Source: Schaalia odontolytica (GTDB lineage Bacteria; Actinomycetota; Actinomycetes; Actinomycetales; Actinomycetaceae). From it: DNA of 32,000 bases. Positions 7,264-15,712 of the stretch are shown here, one piece after another. The notes beneath the pieces are model-generated. The model was not told where the DNA came from. It was given only the letters and a program-made list of their open reading frames with translations, and searched no databases. Where the stretch lies: assembly GCF_005696695.1 (NCBI RefSeq), contig NZ_CP040006.1, positions 480,001 to 512,000 of the forward strand. Reading direction: 5' to 3'. Every line of letters starts with the position of its first letter. Within the stretch, counting starts at the first letter, position 1. The position numbers were made by a program, and so were the translations under genes.

Positions 7264-8280
7264 ATGACTGACTCCGTTGATTTTCGCTGCATCGTCGCCC
7301 CGAAGGGCGCGGGCGAGGCGCGCATCCCTGGCCTCGTGACGCTCGCGGACGAGCGCACCGTCCTCTTCTTTGACGAGCGGCCGGCCCCGGCCTCGGGCAC
7401 GGGATCTGACTTCAACGGGCTGACGATGGCCTCGGATCTGCCGAATCCGAACCGCGTCCTGTGGATGGAACGCGAGGGGGTGGGACGATGGAGCGAACCG
7501 CGTCCCCTTCCCGCCGGCGGCCCGCCGGTCTCTTCGGACGCCTGTGTCGGCGTGGACGGCGACGGGTTCATGCATCTTGCGTTCGCGTCGACGGATGGGC
7601 GCGTGGGCTACATGGACTCTCGCGCGGATGGTGAGCGCCTGCGCGTCTGGTGGGCGTGGGGGAGTGGCCCCGAAGACCTCGCCTATGTGGACATGACGGA
7701 CGAGCTCTATGAGCTCACGGGCGCCGACGCGCTGTTTGCGACGTCTGGCGGCACGGTCGCGCTTGACGGGGCTGTGGCTCTGCCCTACGTCGTGCGCGTG
7801 GGGGATGAGACGCACCTGCGCGTCGTGTACGCCCGTGCGGGTCGCCTCGTCGGTGCGGCGTCCCCTCTTGTTGGCGACGGGGGAGTGCTCCTCGACGAGA
7901 CGACGCTGAGTGTGTGGGACGGTCGCCTCGTCGCGAACTGCCGTCTCCAGGGCTTTGAAGGGCGAGGTTCGGGTGCGCGCTACCTTGCGTGGGGAGACGG
8001 GCACACCTGGGAGGGTCGGCGCCTGTGGGAGCTTGATGACCCGGGCTGCAACGCGCGCATGATCGGTGCGCTCTTCGTGCACCCCGGTCGGCGTGACGCG
8101 CGAGCAAGCGGTCAGATCCTGCGCCTCACCCCGCCGTGGGAGGGTGAAGTGCGCGCCGAGGTGGTCTCCTCTTTGGGTGATGGCGCCTTTGGGTACAGCG
8201 ACGCGACGGTCGACGGGGACGAGGCCGTGGTTGTCTTCGAGCGCGACCGCGGCCTGTGGGAGGCTGCGATTCGTCGCTAA
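7264..8280 (+). CDS. sialidase-like (GH33 / BNR beta-propeller) protein, no signal peptide
   Basis: The 338-aa product has an RIP motif near the N-terminus (GEARIPGLVTLADERTVLFFDERP). It has degenerate Asp-box-like segments (EGVGRWSEP, AWGDGHTWEG). A C-terminal GAFGYSDATV..VVVFERD resembles the nucleophile-Tyr region of exo-sialidases. No N-terminal hydrophobic signal is present. It lies beside the nan locus. Confidence 0.55.
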   Translation: MTDSVDFRCIVAPKGAGEARIPGLVTLADERTVLFFDERPAPASGTGSDFNGLTMASDLPNPNRVLWMEREGVGRWSEPRPLPAGGPPVSSDACVGVDGDGFMHLAFASTDGRVGYMDSRADGERLRVWWAWGSGPEDLAYVDMTDELYELTGADALFATSGGTVALDGAVALPYVVRVGDETHLRVVYARAGRLVGAASPLVGDGGVLLDETTLSVWDGRLVANCRLQGFEGRGSGARYLAWGDGHTWEGRRLWELDDPGCNARMIGALFVHPGRRDARASGQILRLTPPWEGEVRAEVVSSLGDGAFGYSDATVDGDEAVVVFERDRGLWEAAIRR

Positions 8281-8287
8281 GTGGATA

Positions 8288-8333
8288 CAGAAAACCCGGT
8301 GCGCGTGCCCCCACAACGCTCCGGGTTTTTCTG
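8288..8333. terminator. bidirectional hairpin between the sialidase-like gene and the convergent GntR regulator
   Basis: CAGAAAACCCGG (8288-8299) pairs with CCGGGTTTTTCTG (8321-8333). A/T runs on both sides would give U-tracts in either direction. Confidence 0.6.
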
Positions 8334-8339
8334 TGTGCT

Positions 8340-9104
8340 CTAGCGACCTTCGATGATCGCGAGGAGTGGGGCGTAGTGTGCCTCGACGGCGGCGGTGTAT
8401 GCCTCGAGGTCGCCGGCCTCGCAGGCTCGCAGGATGGCCGCGTGGGCCTCGGCGGTGTCTTCCATTTCCTGACGCGACGCTGCGGCCAGCTGAGGAGTCA
8501 CGCTCTGATGGACGAGCCACATGGCTGCCACCAGCTGGTGCATGAGTTCGTTCTCGACGTAGGCGAGGAGGCCGGAGTGGAACGCGATGTCCTGCTCGAG
8601 GTAGGTCGAACCCGTGTGGGCGTACTCCGTCATGGCCTCGACGAGCTCCCACAGGTGCGGGTTCGTCGTGCCCTTCATGGCGCGGGTGAGCGGAACTGCG
8701 ATCCCGAGGTCGAGCGCGCGGCGCGTATCGATGATCGCGTGCAGGGACTGTGCGCCGTTGATCTCGTCGAGGGCGGCGCGCAGGACGAGGGTCTCGACGA
8801 GCGGCTGCATCGACATTTCGCCGACGTATGATCCCGAACCCTGACGGACCGTCACGATGTCGAGAGCCTGGAGGCGACGTAATGCTTCTCTCACAGAGGA
8901 GCGCGAAACGCCAAGGTCGGCGCATAGTGCCGATTCTGTGGGGAGGCGGTCACCGGGATGTAATCCATGTCGCAAAATGTAGGACTTGATCGCATCCATC
9001 GTTACCGAGGATCTCGAGTCAATCGATGTCGGTTTGGGTCGGTTCGGACTGGTTTCTGAGGGCGATGGGGGTGATATCGCTTGCATTAATTTGTCAGACA
9101 ACAT
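8340..9104 (-). CDS. GntR-family transcriptional regulator, FadR subfamily (FCD domain); probable nan-locus regulator
   Basis: The winged-HTH reads IKSYILRHGLHPGDRLPTESALCADLGVSRSSVREALRRLQALDIVTVRQGSGSYV and is followed by an all-helical FCD-like C-terminal domain. The gene is divergent from the ABC/nan genes. The start is uncertain. I prefer ATG 9104 (MLSDKLMQ..), which is preceded by TATACT at leaderless distance. ATG 9086 is an alternative. The track start at 9320 would overlap the divergent gene. Confidence 0.8.
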   Translation of the reverse strand: MLSDKLMQAISPPSPSETSPNRPKPTSIDSRSSVTMDAIKSYILRHGLHPGDRLPTESALCADLGVSRSSVREALRRLQALDIVTVRQGSGSYVGEMSMQPLVETLVLRAALDEINGAQSLHAIIDTRRALDLGIAVPLTRAMKGTTNPHLWELVEAMTEYAHTGSTYLEQDIAFHSGLLAYVENELMHQLVAAMWLVHQSVTPQLAAASRQEMEDTAEAHAAILRACEAGDLEAYTAAVEAHYAPLLAIIEGR

Positions 9105-9116
9105 AGAATAAGTATA
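9081..9116. promoter_or_regulatory. divergent promoter/operator region of the nan locus
   Basis: On the + strand, TTGCAT (9081-9086), a 17-nt spacer and TAGAAT (9104-9109) face the ABC genes. The perfect GntR-type palindrome TTGTC-A-GACAA (9091-9101) lies inside that spacer. On the - strand, TATACT (9116-9111) sits 6 nt before the regulator ATG (9104). This is an AT-rich patch in a GC-rich genome. Confidence 0.45.
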
Positions 9117-9171
9117 GCGAGCGGAACAACAGAACCGCACGTCCCAATTCTCGAAGATGAGGAGCGAGAAC

Positions 9172-10746
9172 ATGCGAATGCGTAAACACTTCGCAACCGG
9201 CGCTGCACTGACCGCAGCTGCCGCCATGATCCTGACCGCGTGCGGCGGCGGATCCTCCACCAGCACCACGTCGACCGACGGCGGCTCCAAGGCCTCCGAA
9301 GGACCGAAGGGTATGATCACCGCCGGTGTCGCCTACGAGACCACCGATTACGGCCCGATCACCACCTCGGCTCTCGGCATGGGTGCGAACTGGCAGGTCC
9401 TCGAGGGCCTGTACCGTTTCAACATGGCCGACTACTCCGTCAGCCCCGCGCTGGCCGCCGGTGACCCGGAGAAGATCTCCGACACCGAGTACGAGGTGAA
9501 GCTGCGCGACGGCGCGAAGTTCTCCGACGGCACCCCCGTGACCGCCGCCGACTTCGTTGCTTCCTACGAGCGCGCCACCTCCGAGAAGTCGATCTACCGT
9601 CAGTTCTTCACCTTCGTCGATTCCGTCGAAGCCAAGGACGACAACACCATCACGATCAAGCTCAAGCACCCCTTCGCCAACCTGAAGGAGCGCTTCGTCA
9701 ACGTCCGCGTTGTTCCCGCTTCGATGGACGAAGACTCGCTGAAGGCGAAGCCGATCGGTACCGGCCCCTACAAGTACGAGAACATCACGGCGACCGAGAT
9801 CACCGCTGTTCCGAATGAGAACTACACCGGTAACGAGCCCGCGAAGGTTGCCACCCTCAAGTGGCAGTCCCTCAAGGATGACTCCGCCCGCCTCGCTGCC
9901 GCCATCGGTGGCACTGTTGACGTCATGGAAGCCGTTCCCGCCTCCGCGCAGGATCAGCTCAAGGGCGCTGGCTGGAACGTTGAGTCCAAGCCCGGCTACG
10001 GCAACCCCTTCCTGATGTTCAACACGCAGAAGGCCCCCTTCGACAAGCCCGAGGTTCGCCGCGCGATCCTCAAGTCCATCGACAAGCAGAAGCTGATCAG
10101 CTCCTCGCTCGAGGGCCAGGCCGTCGAGGCGACCTCCTTCCTGCCCGAGGCGAACCCCGCCTACAAGAAGCCTTCGACCGATCTGTCCTACGACAAGGAT
10201 GCCGCCACCAAGCTCCTGAGCGATGCTGGTGTCTCCGGCCTCGAGGTCAACCTGGTGTCGACGGACCACCCGTGGGTCCTCTCCCTGGTTCCCCAGATCA
10301 AGTCCGACCTGGAGGCCCTGGGCCTGAAGGTCAACCACACTCAGATGGCTTCGTCTGACCTCTACGCCAACGTCACCGACGTTGACAACCCCTCCTACGA
10401 CATCGTCCTGGCCCCCGGCGACCCCTCGGTCTTCGGCACCGACCCCGGCATCATCATCTCCTGGTGGAACGGTGACAACGTCTGGACCAAGAAGCGTGAC
10501 GGCTGGCAGACCTCGGACCCCGAGTCCTTCAACAAGCTGCAGTCCATCATGGACGAGGCCGTTCAGCTTGACGGTGACGCCGCCAAGGCCAAGTGGGGCG
10601 AGGCTCAGGATCTGCTCGCTGAGAAGACCGTGATCTTCCCGCTCGTGTTCCGCAACATGATCACCGGCTCCAACCCCCAGAAGGTGGAAGGATTCCAGGC
10701 GATCTCCTCCACCGGCCTGCAGCTGCTGGGTGTGAGCGCTAAGTAA
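9172..10746 (+). CDS. ABC transporter substrate-binding lipoprotein, family 5 (Opp/Dpp/Nik-type); probable sialic acid or sialoglycan binding by context
   Basis: The signal peptide with lipobox reads MRMRKHFATGAALTAAAAMILTAC-GGGSS. The product is about 520 aa with family-5 SBP architecture. The start is ATG 9172, 7 nt after AGGAG (9160-9164). The substrate assignment is contextual only. Confidence 0.8.
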   Translation: MRMRKHFATGAALTAAAAMILTACGGGSSTSTTSTDGGSKASEGPKGMITAGVAYETTDYGPITTSALGMGANWQVLEGLYRFNMADYSVSPALAAGDPEKISDTEYEVKLRDGAKFSDGTPVTAADFVASYERATSEKSIYRQFFTFVDSVEAKDDNTITIKLKHPFANLKERFVNVRVVPASMDEDSLKAKPIGTGPYKYENITATEITAVPNENYTGNEPAKVATLKWQSLKDDSARLAAAIGGTVDVMEAVPASAQDQLKGAGWNVESKPGYGNPFLMFNTQKAPFDKPEVRRAILKSIDKQKLISSSLEGQAVEATSFLPEANPAYKKPSTDLSYDKDAATKLLSDAGVSGLEVNLVSTDHPWVLSLVPQIKSDLEALGLKVNHTQMASSDLYANVTDVDNPSYDIVLAPGDPSVFGTDPGIIISWWNGDNVWTKKRDGWQTSDPESFNKLQSIMDEAVQLDGDAAKAKWGEAQDLLAEKTVIFPLVFRNMITGSNPQKVEGFQAISSTGLQLLGVSAK

Positions 10747-10767
10747 GTCCCCTCGAGGGACCACAAG

Positions 10768-10827
10768 AGAGGAGGGGTGGAGCCCCGCCCTGAGGCAGAC
10801 GCCACAGTCGGGCGCCACCCCTCCTTT
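10768..10827 (+). other. intercistronic stem-loop after the binding-protein gene
   Basis: AGAGGAGGGGTGG (10768-10780) pairs with CCACCCCTCCT (10815-10825), and TTCTT follows. This placement is typical of mRNA-stabilising or partial-terminator hairpins after SBP genes in ABC operons. Confidence 0.45.
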
Positions 10828-10864
10828 CTTATTGCCAAAATCCGTTGAAAATGGAGGTCTAGCA

Positions 10865-11818
10865 GTGAATAACCTTCTGCGACTCATCGGACGACGTTTG
10901 GTGGCTCTGCCGATCATGGTGGTCGGCGTGTCCTTCCTCGTCTTCTTCATCATGTCGCTGTCTCCGATTGACCCCGCCTACTCGGCACTGGGTGAGACCG
11001 CGACCCCCGAAGCTCTCGAAGAGTACCGTGTGCAGCACGGTCTCAACGACCCCTTCTTCGTTCAGTACGGTCACTACCTGTGGAACATGCTCCACGGTGA
11101 CCTTGGCACCTACGGCGTTGGTACGTCCAACCACGTGACCGATCTGGTTGCTCAGGCTCTTCCGATTACCCTGCAGCTCACCTTCCTCGGCCTGTTCTTC
11201 GCCGTCATCATCGCTTTCCCCCTCGGTGTTCTCGCCGCTCTGTACCGCGACCGCTGGCCCGACCAGGTGATCCGCGTGTTCTCGGTCATCGGCATCGGCA
11301 CCCCGTCCTTCTGGCTGGCAGCGCTGCTGGTCCTGGGATTTGTTCAGAAGCTTCCGGTCTCCGGCCCGCTGCCCGCGTTCAGCGAAGATCCGAGCGGCTG
11401 GTTCCTGCGGATGCTCCTTCCGGCTATCGCCCTGGCGGTTCCCGTCGTCGGTCAGATGACGCGAGTCGTGCGTACCTCAATGGTTGAGGAACTGGATCGC
11501 GACTACGTTCGCACCGCGGTTGGCGCCGGCATCCCCAAGCGCATCGTCGTGGCCCGCAACGTGCTGCGTAACGCGCTCATCACGCCCGTGACCGTCCTCG
11601 GCCTGCGCATCGGCTACCTGATGGGTGGCGCGGTCGTCATCGAAATTATCTTCTCCATCGATGGAATGGGTAAGGCGGTCCTGCTCAAGGGCATCCAGGA
11701 AAACTGGGTCACCCTGGTGCAGGGGGGCGCGCTCGTCGTCGCGATCGCGTTCATCGTCGTCAACATCATTGTTGACATGCTCTACCTGCTCATCAATCCG
11801 CGTATTAGGTCGGTGTGA
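10865..11818 (+). CDS. ABC transporter permease (DppB/OppB-type)
   Basis: This polytopic membrane protein has a typical DppB-like N-terminus (LLRLIGRRLVALPIMVVGVSFLVFFIM) and an EAA-like loop region. The start is GTG 10865, 7 nt after GGAGG (10853-10857). Confidence 0.85.
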   Translation: MNNLLRLIGRRLVALPIMVVGVSFLVFFIMSLSPIDPAYSALGETATPEALEEYRVQHGLNDPFFVQYGHYLWNMLHGDLGTYGVGTSNHVTDLVAQALPITLQLTFLGLFFAVIIAFPLGVLAALYRDRWPDQVIRVFSVIGIGTPSFWLAALLVLGFVQKLPVSGPLPAFSEDPSGWFLRMLLPAIALAVPVVGQMTRVVRTSMVEELDRDYVRTAVGAGIPKRIVVARNVLRNALITPVTVLGLRIGYLMGGAVVIEIIFSIDGMGKAVLLKGIQENWVTLVQGGALVVAIAFIVVNIIVDMLYLLINPRIRSV

Positions 11819-11821
11819 GGC

Positions 11822-13870
11822 ATGAATCAGAAAGAAAAGCTCGGCAAGGTCACTGCGAAGGGCGCGCGTTTTTCGCGTATCGGTGCGATGTCCACCGGAT
11901 CGAAGATCGCGATGGGCCTCCTTGCCCTCATCGTCCTCGTCTCGATCCTGGCGCCCTACGTTTCTCCCTACGGTCCCGATGACATCTTCGACAAGTGGAG
12001 CGCCCCGTCCGGCGAGCACCTGTTCGGAACCGACCACGTTGGCCGTGACATCTTCGCTCGCGTCCTGTTCGGCGGACGTTTCTCGCTGATGATCGGTCTG
12101 TGCTCGACCCTGATCGCCCTCTTCTTCGGCGCGATTATCGGTTCGATTGCAGCGGTTGTGCGCAAGTCCTTCTCCGAAGCGATCATGCGCGTCATGGACA
12201 TCGTGATGGCGGTGCCCGGCATCGCCATGGCGGCCGTTTCGGTCCTGGTCTTCGGGCGCACGCTGTCCAAGTCCGGCAACACCTTCGGCCTGGTCTTCGT
12301 CATCATCTGCTCGATTGCCTTCGTGTACATCCCGCAGCTGTCGCGTATCGTTCGCGCGAACGTCATGGCCGCCTACGGTGAGGACTACGTTCGTGCGGTG
12401 ATCGTCTCCGGCGCCCGCGCCCCCTGGATCCTCACCAAGCATGTCATGCGCAACACGGCCGCCCCGGTTCTCGTGTTCGCGACCGTCCTCGTCGCCGACG
12501 CGATCATCCTCGAGGCCTCCCTGACCTTCATCGGTTCGGGCCTCCAGGCGACCACCGTGGCCACGTGGGGCAACGTCCTGTCCGAGGCCTCGTCGAACCT
12601 GTCGGTTCTGCTGGGCAAGTGGTGGACCGCGTTCTTCCCCGGCCTGTTCATCATGATCACGGTCCTGTGCCTCAACATTCTGTCTGAGGGCATCACCGAC
12701 GCCATGGTGGCGGCTCCCGCGTCCGCGGCCGTCGCTCAGGTCGACAAGGACTCCGACCGCGAGGCCGACAAGCTCCTGCTCGACCCGCGCCGCGCCTACG
12801 CTGAGCAGGCCGAGTCCCTGCAGGCCCGCCTCGACGACCTCGAGTCCGTCGAAGGCAAGCGCACCGACCGCTTCGAGGCACACCTGGAGAAGACCCCGCT
12901 GCTCGAGGTCAACGACCTGTGCATCAAGTTCGAGCGTCATGGCAACGTCAACGTCGTCGACCACGTCTCCTTCAAGGTCCGCCCCGGCGAGACCATGGGC
13001 CTCGTGGGCGAGTCCGGCTGCGGCAAGTCGATCACGGCCCTGACCATCATGGGCCTCATCGATCCCAAGGCCGAGATAACGGGCGAAATCCTCTACCAGG
13101 GTGAGAACCTGCTTGAGAAGTCGGCCGAGGAGCGCCGCGCTCTGCTCGGTCACGAGATGGCCATGATCTACCAGGACGCCCTGTCGTCCCTGAACCCCGC
13201 CATGCTGATCAAGGCTCAGATGAGGCAGCTGACCAGCCGCGGTGGTACCCGCAGCGCCGAGGAACTCCTCCAGCTCGTGGGCCTGGATCCCAAGCGCACC
13301 CTCGAGTCCTACCCGCACGAGCTCTCGGGCGGTCAGCGTCAGCGCGTTCTCATCGCCATGGCCCTGACCCGCGACCCGAAGCTCATCATCGCGGACGAGC
13401 CGACCACCGCCCTGGACGTCACCGTCCAGAAGCAGGTCATCGCACTGCTCAACGAGCTGCGCGAGAAGCTCGGCTTCGCCATGATCTTCGTGTCCCACGA
13501 CCTGGCGCTTGTCGCCGAGGTGGCACACCACATCACCGTCATGTACGCCGGCCAGGTTATCGAGCAGGCCCCCACCAAGGAACTGCTCACGCACCCGACC
13601 CACGAGTACACGCGCGGCCTGCTGGGCGCCGTCCTCTCGATCGAGTCTGGCTCCGGCCGACTCCACCAGGTCCCCGGCACGGTGCCCTCGCCTCGCGACT
13701 TCCCCGTGGGCGACCGCTTCGCACCGCGGTCCTCGCACCCCGATTATGGACTGGACATCCGCCCCGTCCTCACCGAGGTCGGTCCCGAGCACGTGTACGC
13801 GGCTCTGCCGCCCCGCGACGAGGCTGACGCCTTCGCGCAGGAAACGAACGGTCAGGAGGAAACGCGATGA
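11822..13870 (+). CDS. fused ABC permease (DppC/OppC-type) and ATP-binding protein
   Basis: A single 682-aa ORF. The N-terminal ~300 aa are polytopic and DppC-like ([21 protein letters not shown]). The C-terminal half has Walker A GESGCGKS, signature LSGGQRQR, Walker [13 protein letters not shown] and H-loop SHD. A charged linker of about 60 aa joins the two halves. Confidence 0.85.
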   Translation: MNQKEKLGKVTAKGARFSRIGAMSTGSKIAMGLLALIVLVSILAPYVSPYGPDDIFDKWSAPSGEHLFGTDHVGRDIFARVLFGGRFSLMIGLCSTLIALFFGAIIGSIAAVVRKSFSEAIMRVMDIVMAVPGIAMAAVSVLVFGRTLSKSGNTFGLVFVIICSIAFVYIPQLSRIVRANVMAAYGEDYVRAVIVSGARAPWILTKHVMRNTAAPVLVFATVLVADAIILEASLTFIGSGLQATTVATWGNVLSEASSNLSVLLGKWWTAFFPGLFIMITVLCLNILSEGITDAMVAAPASAAVAQVDKDSDREADKLLLDPRRAYAEQAESLQARLDDLESVEGKRTDRFEAHLEKTPLLEVNDLCIKFERHGNVNVVDHVSFKVRPGETMGLVGESGCGKSITALTIMGLIDPKAEITGEILYQGENLLEKSAEERRALLGHEMAMIYQDALSSLNPAMLIKAQMRQLTSRGGTRSAEELLQLVGLDPKRTLESYPHELSGGQRQRVLIAMALTRDPKLIIADEPTTALDVTVQKQVIALLNELREKLGFAMIFVSHDLALVAEVAHHITVMYAGQVIEQAPTKELLTHPTHEYTRGLLGAVLSIESGSGRLHQVPGTVPSPRDFPVGDRFAPRSSHPDYGLDIRPVLTEVGPEHVYAALPPRDEADAFAQETNGQEETR

Positions 13871-14685
13871 GCGACAACACCCCGATCATCGAACTGAAGA
13901 ACGTCGAGGTGACCTTCACCTCGCGTACCGGCTCCCTGTTCAAGCCCAACAAGGTCCACGCGGTGCGTGGCGTCAACATGCGCATCGAGCGCGGACAGAC
14001 GCTCGGCATCGTCGGTGAGTCCGGCTGTGGCAAGTCCACGACCGCGAACGTCATGTGTGGCCTGCAGATGCCGTCCGCCGGCCAGGTGTTCTTCAATGGC
14101 AAGGAGGTCACGAAGCGCAGCGCCGCCGCCCGCCGGGAGATCGGTCGCGTCGTCTCCGTGGTCTTCCAGGACCCCGCGACGGCCCTGAACCCCCGCATGC
14201 ACGTCCAGGATCAGCTCGCTGACCCGCTGCGCGTGCACGGCATCGGGGACGAGGCCTCGCGAGCCAAGCGCGTGCGCGAACTGATCTCGCTCGTAGGCCT
14301 GCCCTCGAGCGCGCTCGACGCGCTTCCCGGACAGCTCTCGGGTGGCCAGCGCCAGCGCGTGGCCATCGCCCGAGCCCTGTCCATCGGCCCGGATGCGATC
14401 ATCGCAGATGAGCCCACCTCCGCACTCGACGTGTCGGTGCGAGCACAGATCCTGAACCTGCTCACGGACCTCAAGAAGGAACTGGGCCTGGCGATGGTCT
14501 TCATCTCGCACGACATCCAGACCGTGCGCTACGTGTCTGACCGGATCGCCGTCATGAACGGCGGCAAGGTCGTCGAAGAAGGGCCGGCCGCACAGCTGCT
14601 CGCCGACCCGGAGGACCCCTACACCCGCAAGCTCCTGGGCGCCGCGCCTTCGCTGCTGCACCCCAACCTCGAAGGAGAGAAGTAA
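13867..14685 (+). CDS. ABC transporter ATP-binding protein (DppF/OppF-type)
   Basis: It has Walker [10 protein letters not shown], signature LSGGQRQR, Walker B IIADEPTSALD and H-loop ISHD. An ATGA overlap links it to the upstream gene. Confidence 0.9.
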   Translation: MSDNTPIIELKNVEVTFTSRTGSLFKPNKVHAVRGVNMRIERGQTLGIVGESGCGKSTTANVMCGLQMPSAGQVFFNGKEVTKRSAAARREIGRVVSVVFQDPATALNPRMHVQDQLADPLRVHGIGDEASRAKRVRELISLVGLPSSALDALPGQLSGGQRQRVAIARALSIGPDAIIADEPTSALDVSVRAQILNLLTDLKKELGLAMVFISHDIQTVRYVSDRIAVMNGGKVVEEGPAAQLLADPEDPYTRKLLGAAPSLLHPNLEGEK

Positions 14686-14687
14686 TT

Positions 14688-15605
14688 ATGTCTTCGAAGA
14701 TCCGCGGCGTCGTGCCGCCCCTGGCCATTCCGCTCAAGGACGGCGAGCTCGACGTCCCCTCGCTCGAGCGTCACATCAACCGCCTGATCGAGGCCGGCCT
14801 CGACGGCCTGTTCGTGTCCGGCTCCACCGGTGAGGTCGCCTTCTCGACCGCCGAGCGTCGCGCCCAGATCCAGCGCGAAGCCGTGCGCATCGTCGACGGC
14901 CGCATCCCGCTCCTGGTCGGCGTCATCGACACCGAGACCGAGCGCGTCATCGAGAACATTAAGGCCGTGGAAGAGATCGGCGGCGCCACCGGCGTCGTCG
15001 CGACCGCCCCGTTCTACGCCCTCGGCGGCGAGACCGAGGTCGAGCGCCACTTCCGCCTCCTCAAGGAGAACACCAGCCTCGAGCTGTGGGCCTACGACAT
15101 CCCCGTGTGCGTGCACACGAAGCTGTCGCCCGACCTGCTCATGCGCCTGGGCCGCGATGGCATCATCGACGGCGTCAAGGACTCCTCCGGCGATGACGTC
15201 GCGTTCCGCTGGCTGTGCCTGGCGAACGAGGCCGCCGGCCACCCGATGCAGCTGCTCACCGGCCACGAGGTCGTCGTTGACGGCGCCTACATGTCCGGCG
15301 CGGACGGCTCCGTGCCCGGCCTGGCCAACGTGGACCCCGAGGGCTACGTGCGCCAGTGGCAGGCCTACGAGCGCCGCGACTGGGAGGCCGTGCGCACCGA
15401 GCAGGACCGCCTCGCGGAGCTCATGCGCATCGTCCAGGTGAAGGGCGTGCAGGGCTTCGGTGCGGGCGTCGGCGCCTTCAAGGCCGCCCTGCACCTGCTC
15501 GGCGTCTTCGATTCGCCTGAGATGCCGCGCCCCGTTGCCGCCATCGAGGGCGACAACATGGAGCATGTCGCGTCCGTGCTGCGCGCGGTCGACCTGCTCT
15601 CCTGA
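14688..15605 (+). CDS. nanA: N-acetylneuraminate lyase (DapA/NanA aldolase family)
   Basis: The class I aldolase fold is indicated by GLFVSGSTGE and the Schiff-base lysine context IIDGVKDSSGD. It starts 2 nt after the ATPase stop, in a cluster with nanK and nanE. The NanA versus DapA assignment rests on context. Confidence 0.75.
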   Translation: MSSKIRGVVPPLAIPLKDGELDVPSLERHINRLIEAGLDGLFVSGSTGEVAFSTAERRAQIQREAVRIVDGRIPLLVGVIDTETERVIENIKAVEEIGGATGVVATAPFYALGGETEVERHFRLLKENTSLELWAYDIPVCVHTKLSPDLLMRLGRDGIIDGVKDSSGDDVAFRWLCLANEAAGHPMQLLTGHEVVVDGAYMSGADGSVPGLANVDPEGYVRQWQAYERRDWEAVRTEQDRLAELMRIVQVKGVQGFGAGVGAFKAALHLLGVFDSPEMPRPVAAIEGDNMEHVASVLRAVDLLS

Positions 15606-15610
15606 TACGT

Positions 15611-15680
15611 CGACGAGGCCGGGGCAGTTCCGTTCCGCATATTGCGCGCCTTCGGGCGCGCGCCCCGGCCTCGTCGATTT
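15611..15680 (+). terminator. compound hairpin between nanA and nanK (repeated hairpin family; possible attenuator)
   Basis: The outer stem pairs CGACGAGGCCGGGGC (15611-15625) with GCCCCGGCCTCGTCG (15662-15676). The inner stem is GCGCGCC-TTCG-GGCGCGC (15644-15661). ATTTTCTT follows. Confidence 0.5.
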
Positions 15681-15712
15681 TCTTATACCCCTGACTTTTC
15701 GTAAGGATCCTC

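Noticed and set aside
9172-14685. Reading the ABC system as an ordinary oligopeptide or dipeptide (Opp/Dpp) importer.
   Set aside because: The family membership is real. However, the genes are tightly coupled to nanA (2-nt gap), share a divergent GntR regulator with the nan genes, and include the permease-ATPase fusion I associate with sialic-acid ABC systems. I therefore keep the sialic acid/sialoglycan assignment, flagged as contextual.
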